Source: Gammaproteobacteria bacterium
Lineage (GTDB): Bacteria > Pseudomonadota > Gammaproteobacteria > Ga0077536
Length of the DNA stretch: 64,000 nucleotides
Assembly (NCBI GenBank): GCA_963662545.2
Contig: CAXXLL010000003.1
Location: 2,144,001-2,208,000 of the forward strand
Direction of reading: 5' to 3'
Shown here piece by piece: positions 52,702-63,545 of the stretch. A program made the translations under genes and the position numbers. Each line of letters starts with the position of its first letter. The first letter of the stretch is position 1. A model generated the notes under the pieces. It was given only the letters and a program-made list of their open reading frames with translations. It did not search any database and was not told where the DNA came from.

Positions 52702-53667
52702 TCAAACCGCAAACAAGCGTTCGACATTCCCATGCAATATCTGTTCGCGCTCATCGTCAGAGCAGGCCAGCCTTTCCACTAATTCTATGGGTCTGCGCCA
52801 CGGACCATAGGGATGATCGGTGCCAAGTACGAGTTGGCTTGCGCCCATGAGTGACAGGCACCATTCGAGCGGTTCTGGCTCATACGCAACCGTATCCATG
52901 TATAGCTTTTTGAGAAATCGACTCGGCTCTTTCACCACCTCATCCCCACCATAAGCATCCAACATCCCGTCCAACCGACCCATCAGATAGGGCACGGTTG
53001 CACCCACATGGGGAATGATAATGGGCGCATCGGAATAATCTGATAACACCCCGGACAAGGCCAAGCGCATGGCCGCGAGGGTGTTATCGACCATAAACGC
53101 CAGTACAGGTACCGGTACGAGGTCCATTAAATAGTTTTGATTCAAAGGTACTGTCGGGTGAATAAAAATGGGGCGTCCAAGTTCTGCCATACGTGCGAAA
53201 ATGGGCCGGAACTCGGGCGAATCTAGTGGCTTGTCATTGATATTTGAATATAACTGAAGGCCACGAAAGTTGAGCGTCGAGAAACACCGGTCGAGTTCCT
53301 TGAGCGCCGCCTCAGTATCGCCAAAGCCCAAAGTCGCATAGCCCCAGAAGCGGTCTGGATGAGCGACAACGAGTTCGGCTAATAGGTCATTCGCAATCCG
53401 AGCCAATTCATCGGCTTGTGCGCCCCCTACGCGATCTGGGCCAGGCACGGCAAGACTGAGAATAGAGATGTCGATACCGGCTTCATCCATATGCGCCAGC
53501 TTGGCCTGCATGTCATACAAAGGCGGAACCATAGGAAGGGTTAATCCCTGACAGCAATGAAAGTGATAGGTGCCATCGACCAGTCGGGTATAGGGAAAGT
53601 CACTCCGCTTTTCGAGCGTTTGGGCGATGTGCTGGGATAAAAAATGCGTGTGGACGTCTATTTTCAT
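52702..53667 (-). CDS. Amidohydrolase_2 (ACMSD-like decarboxylase/hydratase)
   Basis: IDVHTH, IFIHP, PHVGAT, LGTDHPY. Confidence 0.92.
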   Translation of the reverse strand: MKIDVHTHFLSQHIAQTLEKRSDFPYTRLVDGTYHFHCCQGLTLPMVPPLYDMQAKLAHMDEAGIDISILSLAVPGPDRVGGAQADELARIANDLLAELVVAHPDRFWGYATLGFGDTEAALKELDRCFSTLNFRGLQLYSNINDKPLDSPEFRPIFARMAELGRPIFIHPTVPLNQNYLMDLVPVPVLAFMVDNTLAAMRLALSGVLSDYSDAPIIIPHVGATVPYLMGRLDGMLDAYGGDEVVKEPSRFLKKLYMDTVAYEPEPLEWCLSLMGASQLVLGTDHPYGPWRRPIELVERLACSDDEREQILHGNVERLFAV

Positions 53668-53994
53668 GGAACATCTCCGATTTTGACGTGCGTCATTCTG
53701 AGGCGCCTAGAGACGAAGAATCGCTCCATCGGGTCCAAAGGAGCCGGCTCCGGCGGTTTTCTTTGTGCGCGCCCGATGTCGGCTTGTGCGCGTATGCCGA
53801 CGTACTTAATTGACGGAATCGCATCACCAATTACGGCCGCTATAGTGTGTAAGTAGTCATTCCGGAAACGGGCTCTTTATCTGGAAAGGTCTGTAACGAG
53901 CTTCTCGTGATCGTGCCGCCTAGCGGGCCGTGGAACATTGGCCGCCGATGTTCGTTTTCCGGAAAGTTACATGAAACTCGGCCTCGTCTTTGGT

Positions 53995-54222
53995 TTACCT
54001 CCCCTCTTGGCCCGCCCAAACGATCCGAATCCCGCAATCCCTCGAGTGACACAGATGACAGCGGAGTTTTAGCTTCACCCGATTGATGGAGAATCCAGGA
54101 CCAAGCGTATTCAATAACCGGAGCAGATTTAGTTGGTGCATGCGGTGGCAAGCGTTGCAGACGCCATACAGGCGATAGGACACTGTTAAGTCTGCAAGCC
54201 TTGATATTCCGACCGCTGCCAT
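53995..54222 (-). CDS. Small Zn-ribbon hypothetical protein
   Basis: RLADL...CNACHR...L...GP...LRCHLCHSR. Confidence 0.65.
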   Translation of the reverse strand: MAAVGISRLADLTVSYRLYGVCNACHRMHQLNLLRLLNTLGPGFSINRVKLKLRCHLCHSRDCGIRIVWAGQEGR

Positions 54223-54244
54223 GACCCGGCATATTAGCCCCATT

Positions 54245-56825
54245 TGAGAACGGCGGTGACAAATTAGTCCACGGAAGCGGCGGGATTTCCCAGCCGCGGG
54301 CGGAGTAAAACTCTGCCACCTGTAGCCTTCGATCTTTTTTGAGATGGAAGGCGGGAGGATGTACACCGTGGACCTATATCTGCGCGTTCGGCTGGCCTGC
54401 CATGTTGATGGTCTGAGCCAGCGAGAGGCGGCAAGTCGGTTTGGCATTGCGCGCGAGACGGTGAGGAAGATGCTGCGGCATTCGGAACCGCCGGGATATC
54501 GGCGACGCCAGCCACCGAAACGCCCGAAACGGGCCCCCTTCACGGATATCATCGACCGTATTCTGGAGGAGGACCGAACGGTTCACCGTAAGCAGCACCA
54601 CACGGCGAAGCGTATATTCGAGCGCCTTCGCGACGAACATGGCTTCACGGGCAAAGAGACCATCGTGAAGGATTACGTTCGGGAACGGCGCCTTCGTCGG
54701 CGTGAGATGTTTGTGCCGTTGTCACATCCTCCGGGCCATGCTCAAGCGGACTTTGGCGAGGCGGATGCGATCATCGCCGGCGTCAAGTATCGGGCGCATT
54801 TTTTCGTCATGACACTTCCCCACAGCGATGCCTGCTTCGTTGCGGCCTACCCGTCAGCGACGACGGAGGCCTGGCTGGACGGGCACAACAGAACCTTCGC
54901 CTTCTTCGGCGGTGTTCCCCGATCGATTCTCTACGACAACGACAAGTGCCTGGTGTCGCGCATCTTGCCGGATGGCACGCGACAACGAACGCGAGCGTTC
55001 AGCGGACTGCAGTCCCATTACCTCTTCGAGGACCGTTACGGCCGTCCCGGCAAGGGCAACGACAAAGGCAATGTTGAGGGGGTGGTTGGCTACGCCCGAC
55101 GGAACTTCATGACGCCGCTTCCCCGGTTCGCGAGCTGGGACGCCTTCAACGCTTACCTGGAGGAACAATGCCGCAAACGGCAAGACGACGTCCTGCGCGG
55201 CCACCGCGAGAGCATCGGCGAACGGTTTGTGCGTGACCGCGAAGCGTTGAAGAGGCCACTGCCGGCACCGTTCGACGCGTGCGACAAGCAGGGCACGCGG
55301 GTCAACTCGCTGTCCCTGGTGCGCTACCGGACGAATGACTATTCCGTGCCCGTCGCCTACGGCCATCAGGAAGTCTGGATCCGTGGCTATGTCCACGAGG
55401 TGGTTATCGGTTGCGGCGCCGGGATCATTGCCCGACACCCCCGTTCCTACGACCGGGAAGATAGGGTCTTCGATCCGATCCACTACCTGCCTTTGCTGGA
55501 GCACAAGATCGGTGCCCTGGATCAGGCCGCGCCGCTAGCCGGATGGGAACTGCCTGATGCCTTCCCAACCCTGCGCCGTCTCCTGGAGGCGCGCATGGGC
55601 AAGGCCGGCAAGCGGGAATACGTCCAGGTCCTTCGGCTTCTGGAGACCTTCGATCTCGAGGTGCTTCACGGCGCGGTGAAGGACGCCCTGCGCCTGGGCG
55701 CGATCGGCTACGACGCCGTCAAACACCTTGTGCTGTGCCGTATCGAGCGACGCCCGCCCAAACTCGACCTGGATATCTATCCCTACCTGCCTCGGGCCAA
55801 CGTGGCGACCACGGCCGCCGCCAGTTATATGAGCTTGTTGGGTGGAGGCGCGTCATGACCGATACGCCGCAAGTGTTGCTGGCCCATCACCTCAAGACCC
55901 TGAAACTGCCGACGTTCCTGCGCGAATACGACAAGCTGGCCCGCCAATGCGCCACCGAGGGCGCCGACCCTGTGCGGTATCTTGTCCGTCTGACCGAGTT
56001 GGAACTGATCGACCGTGAGCGCCGCATGGTCGAGCGGCGGAGCAGACAGGCCAGGTTCCCCGCCGTCAAAAGCCTCGACAGCTTCGACTTCAAGGCCATC
56101 GCCTCGCTCAACAAGATGCTGGTTCTGGAGTTGGCGCGATGCGAATACGTAGAGCGTCGTGAGAATATCATCGCGCTCGGCAACAGCGGAACCGGCAAGA
56201 CCCATATCGCCCTCGGTCTCGGTCTGGCGGCCTGCCAAAAGGGGCTCTCCGTCGGCTTCATCACGGCCGCCGCCCTGGTTCATGAACTGATGGAGGCCAG
56301 GGATGAAAAACGCCTGTTGCGCCTGCAGAAGCAACTGGCAAAGTATCACCTTCTGATCATCGACGAACTCGGCTTCGTGCCGCTCTCGAAGACCGGCGCC
56401 GAGCTGCTGTTCGAAGTCTTCAGCCAGCGCTACGAGCGGGGCTCGATCATGGTGACCTCCAACTTGCCGTTCGATGAGTGGACGGAGATATTCGGCTCGG
56501 AACGTCTGACCGGGGCTTTGCTGGACCGCCTGACCCACCCTGTCCATATCCTGGCAATGAACGGCGAGAGCTATCGTCTCAACCAAAGCCAAAAACGGCG
56601 GAAATCCCCAAATACGCCTGCTTGACCACCGAACTCAAGGTTGACCCGGTGGGTCCACAGGAACCTCCCACGCTGCTTCGCTCCGCGTAACGCAAGCGCT
56701 ACACGAAGCAGCGCGGGTCCCTCCTATGGACTACCGGGACAACCCCCCAACACTGCGTACCGCATAACGTTAAGTGGACTGGTTTTGCTCCGCCCGGGTG
56801 GACTAATTTTGCTCCGCCGTTGACA
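54245..56825 (+). mobile_element. Complete IS21 family element (istA 54359-55858, istB 55855-56625)
   Basis: IRs tgagaacggcgg / ccgccgttgaca; AQADFGEA, YDND, DKGNVEG; GNSGTGKT. Confidence 0.95.
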
Positions 56826-56926
56826 GAGTTTCCTCGACAGAAATGAGAGCAGCGCGAGCACGAGTCATCCTTGACCTCCTGGGGGCATATCCGTTTATGC
56901 CACGACCTTAACGCATCGATCGGAGG

Positions 56927-56994
56927 GCTACAATGCGTGCCTGTCCTCGGTATCCCGCTTGATGCCGCTACAATGCGTGCCTGTCCTCGGTATC
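56927..56994 (+). repeat. Two 28-bp direct repeats with a 40-bp period
   Basis: gctacaatgcgtgcctgtcctcggtatc at 56927 and 56967. Confidence 0.9.
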
Positions 56995-57245
56995 TGGTAT
57001 CCCCGCTGGTGTCATACGGTCAGGAAGCCATTCGATTAGCGGCCCTTTTGCCCAAGTAAAATAGGCCGCCAAGCGAAAATCAGGCCTGATTGCCGAGGCA
57101 ATCTCCCTCTTGTTCATGAGCTTACCTTGGTCCGACCCCTCCAGCCCCCCTCATCGCCTCCAGCCTCCCACATGGCGGTAAGATCGAAGTCGAGCCGCGC
57201 TCGAGGAGCCGGTCACGCTACCTGTCGTTCGTGGAGTTTCACCTC

Positions 57246-58274
57246 ATGATTCCATTCTCGGTGCTCGATCTCGCCCCAATTCTCGCGGGCAGCGATGCGG
57301 CGCAGGCCTATCGCAACTCGGTGGACCTGGCGCAGTGTGCTGAACACTGCGGCTATCAACGCTACTGGCTTGCCGAGCACCACAATATGCCCGGTATCGC
57401 CAGTGCCGCGACGGCGGTGGTAATCGGCCACATCGCGGGGGTGACGAGCCAGATACGCGTTGGCGCGGGTGGCGTGATGCTCCCGAACCATTCGCCGCTG
57501 GTCATCGCCGAACAATTCGGCACCTTGGAATCGCTTTATCCGGGCCGTATCGATCTGGGTTTGGGCCGTGCGCCCGGCAGCGATATGCTGACCGCGCGGG
57601 CCATGCGCCGGGATGCGCCCGCGAGCGCCGATCGGTTTCCCCAGGACGTGCAGGAGCTGCAAGCCTTGCTCGGACCGATACGACCCAACCAACGAGTGAG
57701 GGCGGTGCCGGGCACGAATCTCAGGGTACCACTATGGATCCTCGGCTCGAGTCTCTTTGGCGCACAACTTGCCGCAGCCTTGGGGTTGCCATTCGCCTTT
57801 GCATCCCACTTCGCGCCGGAAGTGCTGTTAGAAGCACTCGATGTGTACCGCACCAATTTCCAACCCTCGTCCCAACTCGAGCGACCCTATACGATGGTCG
57901 GCGTCAATCTGTTTGCCGCGGCAACAGATGCCGAGGCCACCCGCCTATTCACCTCATTACAACAGCAATTCACCAATCTGTTTCGTGGCGCGCCGGGTCA
58001 GCTGCAACCCCCGCTCGATGATATAGATACATACTGGTCGCCGACGGAAAAAACCGGGGTCGACCGCGCGCTCATTTATGCGATGGTAGGGTCAAAAGAA
58101 GTGGTGCAGGAACGACTCAAGGACTTCATCGAAATGACGGCCCCAGATGAGGTCATGATCACGGCACAGATCTACGATCAGGCGGCGCGCCTGCGCTCGT
58201 TCGAGATCGCCGCCGAACTGTGCGACGAACTCACGGAAACGCATGTACCCAAATCGAAATTTGGAAACCCATGA
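57246..58274 (+). CDS. Luciferase-like (LLM) flavin-dependent oxidoreductase, YhbW-type
   Basis: [45 protein letters not shown]. Confidence 0.94.
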   Translation: MIPFSVLDLAPILAGSDAAQAYRNSVDLAQCAEHCGYQRYWLAEHHNMPGIASAATAVVIGHIAGVTSQIRVGAGGVMLPNHSPLVIAEQFGTLESLYPGRIDLGLGRAPGSDMLTARAMRRDAPASADRFPQDVQELQALLGPIRPNQRVRAVPGTNLRVPLWILGSSLFGAQLAAALGLPFAFASHFAPEVLLEALDVYRTNFQPSSQLERPYTMVGVNLFAAATDAEATRLFTSLQQQFTNLFRGAPGQLQPPLDDIDTYWSPTEKTGVDRALIYAMVGSKEVVQERLKDFIEMTAPDEVMITAQIYDQAARLRSFEIAAELCDELTETHVPKSKFGNP

Positions 58275-58744
58275 TCCACTCGCTATGCACGACTGAATCT
58301 TACGAGTTTGGACGAAAGGCAAGATTTGCGAGTATAAGAAGAACAAAGCGTGTTTTTGTCTGTTTATCGAGTATGCGAGTTTAAATCGGGTGGTAGATTG
58401 GTTCGCACTGACTGCGCTTGGGGGTCGTATAAGCGAAAGAAGGCGAGCAAGTCCTGTCTTTAATGAGTGGAAACGGTCCCCCCGCGTCGTCGAATTAGCC
58501 TTGAGACCCAGCGCGTCCGCGACCGTCGCTAGCGAGGCCTGGCATCCATGTGTTGAGGGGATTTTGGGGCTCATTCGTTGAGCCCGGGGAGCATCAATTG
58601 CGGCGGCGCCCGGGCGGCATGTGCGTTGGCGCTTGGGGGGCTGGTGGTTTGACGATCGAGATGATCCAGGATGCGCTGGATGACGGTGGGGTCTTCGATG
58701 CAGGCGATGATCTTCACCGCACCGCCACACACCTCGCAGGTTTC

Positions 58745-58819
58745 ATCGGGCACATCTCTGTGCCCGCCCGCTTCGCGGCAGTCTGCGCCTGTGCAAATCG
58801 GCTTTCCTGCCGATTTGTC
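58745..58819 (-). repeat. 75-bp four-hairpin micro-element (in-frame insertion)
   Basis: Removing it restores ...IDI-ETCEVCGG. Confidence 0.85.
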
Positions 58820-58830
58820 AATGTCGATGT

Positions 58831-58877
58831 GGCCTACAGGGATGTAGGTCAGGGGCGTGAGCAGGACGCGGAAGCTT
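58831..58877 (+). repeat. 47-bp REP-like palindromic insertion
   Basis: ggcctacagggatgtaggtc...gcaggacgcggaagc; removing it restores KRVF-NIDI. Confidence 0.75.
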
Positions 58878-59025
58878 TGAACACGCGTTTCAAGCGGCGT
58901 GCCCACGCCAAGGTCGCGCGCTGTTGGGTGGCTGTTTTATCGGTCTGCAGATCGGGTGATTTTCGACCACGCCGGGCGGGTGTGACGGTGGCGCGGTGGG
59001 CGCTGTTCGGAGCGAACATGCCGTG

Positions 59026-59097
59026 ACAAATTTATCCGGAATAAATTTGGACGACCGAAGGTCGCCCGAAGGGTGAGGAACAGGGATGTTCCTCATC
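59026..59097 (+). repeat. 72-bp four-hairpin micro-element
   Basis: Removing it restores NLIRF-HGMFAPN. Confidence 0.85.
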
Positions 59098-59154
59098 AAA
59101 GCGAATGAGATTGACGCGGGGTTTGGGAATGAGCGCTGCGAGACGGGCGATGAA

Positions 59155-59225
59155 GTACTCCGGGCATCCTGCCCTGCGCCCTTCGGGCCAGCCTACGGCT
59201 GTTCAAAATCGCTCCCGGCGATTTT
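59155..59225 (-). repeat. 71-bp four-hairpin micro-element
   Basis: Removing it restores VPLD-FIARLAAL; AC is repeated at the junctions. Confidence 0.85.
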
Positions 59226-59821
59226 GTCTAACGGCACGAAGAACATATGCGTCGTGCCATCGCGGTAAGGGGTTTTGAGTTGGTACCGGACGAAGCCGTT
59301 TGCAGTCAGCGAGAGGCGTTGTTCAGAAATGGCGGGGCGGTGATGTAACGGGCAAGGCGTTCGAGCTTTCTGCGCTTCTCCGGTTCGACGGCGACGCCGG
59401 CGTGCAGGGAGAAACCCGCGGCCTTGGCCAGGTGGTCGCTGGTGCGCGTGCTATCGTCGCGAGCCGGTAAGGTCTGCAGCGTGAAGGCTTTGTGACCCTC
59501 GCGGGGCCCGACAGCGATACGGATCATGCCCCGTTCCTGCAAACGTCGGCACAATTCGTAGGGCTCTTGCCAGTTCTGATTTTGAATATGCGAGACGATC
59601 AAGGCGCCATCGAGCGCGACGGCGTTGGCGATTATTTCCCGGTGACCCAGGGTCCAGTTCAACGGCAAGGACTCGGTCGGGCCAAAGCGAGTATGAGCAC
59701 CAAACATGCGATCGTACTTCTTGGCGAGTTTCTGTCGTCATCGTGACCGTGAACGGCGGGAATCTGTTCTATACTCGTTGCGTGTCGGGTTGATGTCTTT
59801 CGAGTACGCAGGAGGAAACGC

Positions 59822-60373
59822 ATGAACATGCCGAAAGTCAGCGTGGCGGATATGGAGCGTTTAGTCGCGCGCTTCAGCGACATGAAGGGCGCGAAGCTCG
59901 CCTATATGGATCAGAGGATCCCGGGCCACGAGCGCGAAATCGTCAATGTCATCGGTCTCGAAACCATGGAAGCCAGCATCATCGAAAACAAACGCGATCC
60001 GTCGACGGCGCCCATGATTCCCGCGCCTGCGCACGGCTTCACGGTTCAGGTCGCGCATGCCGAACACGGCGGCGGCGCGGCCTTGCACAGCCATGAAACC
60101 GAAGAAGTGTTCATGCCCATGGTTGGGCCCTGGTCGATCTTCTGGATGGAGGGTAACGAAGAAAGAGAAGTCATACTCGAGCCTTTCGACGTGATTTCGG
60201 TGCCGACGGTCATCTACCGCGGCTTTCGTTACGTTGGTGAAGGGCGGGGATCATTGCTCGCACTGATCGGCGGGCCGGACGCCGGGATAATCGGGTGGCA
60301 TCCCGACGTTATCGAGAAGGCGCGCGCGACAGGGCTCGCCGTGGACGAGAACGGGGTATTGATCGAAGTGTAG
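59822..60373 (+). CDS. Cupin domain protein
   Basis: RBS aggagg; LHSHETEEVF, EPFDVISVP...RGF. Confidence 0.88.
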   Translation: MNMPKVSVADMERLVARFSDMKGAKLAYMDQRIPGHEREIVNVIGLETMEASIIENKRDPSTAPMIPAPAHGFTVQVAHAEHGGGAALHSHETEEVFMPMVGPWSIFWMEGNEEREVILEPFDVISVPTVIYRGFRYVGEGRGSLLALIGGPDAGIIGWHPDVIEKARATGLAVDENGVLIEV

Positions 60374-60489
60374 ACATTCGCCCGCAAGCGGGATCCTGTG
60401 CGCGCGTACGAACCCTGCGTTTATCCGAAGCGACCGCTGGCGACGCTACTCCACTAAACTCCGATTCGTCGATTCCGGAGGAGAAATCC

Positions 60490-61653
60490 ATGCATCGCAG
60501 CACCGATCGTATTCTGACTTCGCATGTAGGAAGCCTGCCGCGCCCGGACGACGTCCTCCGTCGCATCTACGCCCACCAGGAGCAAGGTGTGCCGTTCGAC
60601 GACGAATACTGGGACATGGTCGCGAAAGCGGTCGACGACGTTGTCGCGCAACAGAAGACAGCCGGGATCGATATTGTCAGCGACGGCGAGATCGGCAAAG
60701 TCGGATTTACCAATTATCTGAGCGACCGGCTCGAAGGTCTGGGCGGCGAGACCGTTATGTGGTCCTTTCACGACCTCGCCGTTGTGCCCGAGGTCGCCGA
60801 GCGCCAGTACAAGAGCGAAGGCGGTAAGCACATCTGTATGCCGGCCTGCGTTGGCGAGCTGGAGTACGTCGGGCAGGAACACGTCGCGCGCGACCTTGCG
60901 AATCTGCGCCGCGCACTCGACGCACACGGTGTCGACGACGCATTCATGCCGGCCGTCTCGCCGGGCTCGGTGACCTTTCAAATCGTCAACCGCCACTACC
61001 CCTCTTATGAGGATTACGTAATGGCGATCGCCGAGGCGATGCGTGAGGAGTACGAAGCGATCGCAGCCGCGGGGTTCACATTGCAGCTTGACGCGACGGA
61101 TATTCCGATCAGCGCACCCGAGCACGGTATATTCTGGGCGAGCGACGTCGTCGAAGAGATGGGTCACCAGAACTTCATCGCGCTCAATCTCGAGGCGATC
61201 AACCACGCGACGGCGTCCATCCCGGGTGAGCAGATGCGCCTGCATCTGTGCTGGGCGAACTACGAGGGACCACATCACTACGACGTGCCGCTCATCGAAG
61301 TGCTTGAGCCCTCCCTCAGGATCTGCCGCGCCAAGACCATCTCATTTGAGGCGGCCAATCCGCGCCACGAGCACGAGTGGACCGTGTTCGAAGACCTGAA
61401 GCTGCCGGACGACGTGGTGATCATGCCGGGTGTCATCGATACGACGACGAATTTCATCGAGCACCCCGAGCTCGTGGCGCAGCGGATCGAGCGATTCGCA
61501 CGCCTGGTCGGACGTGAACGCGTGATCGCCGGGACCGACTGCGGCTTCGGCACCTTCGCGGGATTCGGTGAAGTCGCGCCGGCGGCCGCCTGGCTCAAGC
61601 TCGCGAGCCTCGGTGAAGCGGCGGGGATCGTCTCGCGCCGCTTATGGAGCTGA
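60490..61653 (+). CDS. Cobalamin-independent methionine synthase II family protein
   Basis: ILTSHVGSLPRP, SDGE, HLCWANYEGPH, GTDCGF. Confidence 0.93.
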   Translation: MHRSTDRILTSHVGSLPRPDDVLRRIYAHQEQGVPFDDEYWDMVAKAVDDVVAQQKTAGIDIVSDGEIGKVGFTNYLSDRLEGLGGETVMWSFHDLAVVPEVAERQYKSEGGKHICMPACVGELEYVGQEHVARDLANLRRALDAHGVDDAFMPAVSPGSVTFQIVNRHYPSYEDYVMAIAEAMREEYEAIAAAGFTLQLDATDIPISAPEHGIFWASDVVEEMGHQNFIALNLEAINHATASIPGEQMRLHLCWANYEGPHHYDVPLIEVLEPSLRICRAKTISFEAANPRHEHEWTVFEDLKLPDDVVIMPGVIDTTTNFIEHPELVAQRIERFARLVGRERVIAGTDCGFGTFAGFGEVAPAAAWLKLASLGEAAGIVSRRLWS

Positions 61654-61739
61654 ACAGCGATGATTCGTCGGGTGTCCCCGACTTTCCCACGGACGTTCCC
61701 CGGCGCGGCAGCGCTCGTCTCCGCGTATAACCCGCAACA

Positions 61740-62225
61740 CTACAGGTAGGACAGATTGACTTGTTCGGCCGGCACGGGGACTTCGTCCAGACCGAGTTCG
61801 CGGCGCACGATGTTCGTGCCGCGAACCAGTGAGACCATTTTGTAGAACGCGTGCTTGCGGCTGATCCCCTGGCGACCGAAGCCGCGGTCGCTGCTCAGGA
61901 TCAAGTGGGCGGGGTCCATGAGCTTGAGCGCCCTGCGGATGTCATCGGCGACCTCTTCCGGCGTCTCGACCTGAAGGCTGCGGTGTGAGATGAGGCCTAT
62001 CGCTATCTTCTTGTCCTTGCCGATGACCGCCGCCACTTCGTTGAGCTCGAGATAGCCGGCGTACTTCATTTCGAACGTGATTACGTCGACGTCGAGTTGG
62101 TCGAGATATTGCAGCACGGGTTTGTATTTCGCCCGGTAGCCCAGGTTCTGTGCATACGGGTTGCCCCAGCAGGTGTGGCACCACACTTCGGTCTTGTCGC
62201 GCAGGCGTGCGTCATCGACCGCGCC
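61740..62225 (-). pseudogene. C-terminal fragment of a second MetE-II family gene
   Basis: WCHTCWGNP, SHRSLQVE, SSDRGFGRQG (Cys ligand replaced by Arg); N-terminal half absent. Confidence 0.8.
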
Positions 62226-62305
62226 GACGGGGCCGCCAAATAAACTGTATGCAACGATAGCGACCGCGACGGTTGGCGGTAGGCGTATAACAACGGCCCC
62301 CATAT

Positions 62306-63538
62306 TCACGCGAGTTCGTTTTTGTAGAAGACTCCGTCTTTCATAATCGCCGCAAGATTCTCTTCGGGTCGGGTCAAGACCGAAAGATCGGTCAGCGGAT
62401 CGGCTTCGAGAACGAGGATATCGGCCCGCGCGCCCGCGGCGATTTCACCGATGTCCCCGTCGGCCTGCAGGAGCTCTGCGTTGATCGCGGTGGCGGACTT
62501 CAGCACCTCGTGGTTCGATTGCATCTCACCACGCAGTAGCAATTCCTCGGCCTGGCGTTCCTGCGCTTCGCTGCCGAGCAGATCGGTTCCAAACCCCATC
62601 GGAATGCCTTTTTGCGCGCACAATTCCACGGCGCTGTAACCGGCCTCCATCACGTACTTGAGCTTGTCTATTTGCGCTGCCGTCAGCCCGAATCGCTCGC
62701 GGTAGCGCTCCATCGTGTCGTAGGTGATCAAGGTCGGTACGACGAAACAATCGTTTTGGGCCACGAGATCCGCGGTCGCGCTATCGAGCAGGTTGCAGTG
62801 CTCCAGCGACCGCACGCCACAGTTCACGGCGTGCGCGATAGCCTCCGGTGAATAGACGTGGGCCATCACGTATTTCCCCCAACGTGCAGCCTCCTCGGTG
62901 ATCGCCGATAGTTCTTCGGGCGAGAACTGCACGCTGTCGATGGGATCGTTGACCGAGGTCACACCGCCCGACGCCATGACCTTGACTTGCGACGCGCCCC
63001 TGCGGATCTCGTCGCGTACGCCTTGCAATACTTCGGGTACGCCGTCCAGCGTTCGAAACGCGTATTCTAGCGCAGATCCGCAGCCGCACAGCGGCGCCTC
63101 CTCCACCCGAAAGCGTTGATCGCCGTGACCACCGGTCGGACTCAAGGCGTGGCCGGAGGGGTAGATGCGCGGCCCGACGATCACGCCAGTGTCGACGGCG
63201 TCCGCTAAACCGCGGTCGGCACCCGCCGCGTCGCGGATGGTCGTGAAACCGCGGGCCAGCATGTTTTCGAGACTCCTCACGGCTTCGGCGAACATGCGAG
63301 ACGGCTGCATCGCACGCAAGGCTGTGAGGTTGTAATCCGGCAGGCAGACGTGAGCATGCGCGTCGATCAGACCGGGGATGACGGCGCGGCCGCCGAGGTC
63401 AAACCGTTCGGCATCGGAAAGTTGCGGTCGCACGTCGGTGACTTCCTTGATCCGTGCGCCTTCGACGACGATGTGATGGTCTTCCCGCAGCGTGGGACGC
63501 GCGGCATCGAACACGCGACAATTTTCGAGGACGATCAT
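62306..63538 (-). CDS. Metal-dependent amidohydrolase (prolidase-like)
   Basis: PGLIDAHAH, TGGHGD, KVMASGGV, AHVY, LEHCN, FGTDL. Confidence 0.93.
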   Translation of the reverse strand: MIVLENCRVFDAARPTLREDHHIVVEGARIKEVTDVRPQLSDAERFDLGGRAVIPGLIDAHAHVCLPDYNLTALRAMQPSRMFAEAVRSLENMLARGFTTIRDAAGADRGLADAVDTGVIVGPRIYPSGHALSPTGGHGDQRFRVEEAPLCGCGSALEYAFRTLDGVPEVLQGVRDEIRRGASQVKVMASGGVTSVNDPIDSVQFSPEELSAITEEAARWGKYVMAHVYSPEAIAHAVNCGVRSLEHCNLLDSATADLVAQNDCFVVPTLITYDTMERYRERFGLTAAQIDKLKYVMEAGYSAVELCAQKGIPMGFGTDLLGSEAQERQAEELLLRGEMQSNHEVLKSATAINAELLQADGDIGEIAAGARADILVLEADPLTDLSVLTRPEENLAAIMKDGVFYKNELA

Positions 63539-63545
63539 TGCTGCC

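Larger units (their letters stand above)
58331..59522 (-). mobile_element. IS91/ISCR-like rolling-circle element, 3' half; transposase pseudogene (stop 58571) with four internal insertions
   Basis: KAFTLQTLP, GFSLHAGV, KLERLARYI, LKTPYRDGTTH, FIARLAALIPKPRVNLIRF|HGMFAPNS, WARRLKRVF, CEVCGGAVKIIACIEDP; oriIS-like gtataagaagaacaaagcg at about 58332. Confidence 0.9.

Noticed and set aside
56927-56994. Possible mini CRISPR array
   Set aside because: Only two repeats, a 12-bp spacer, and no cas genes or leader.
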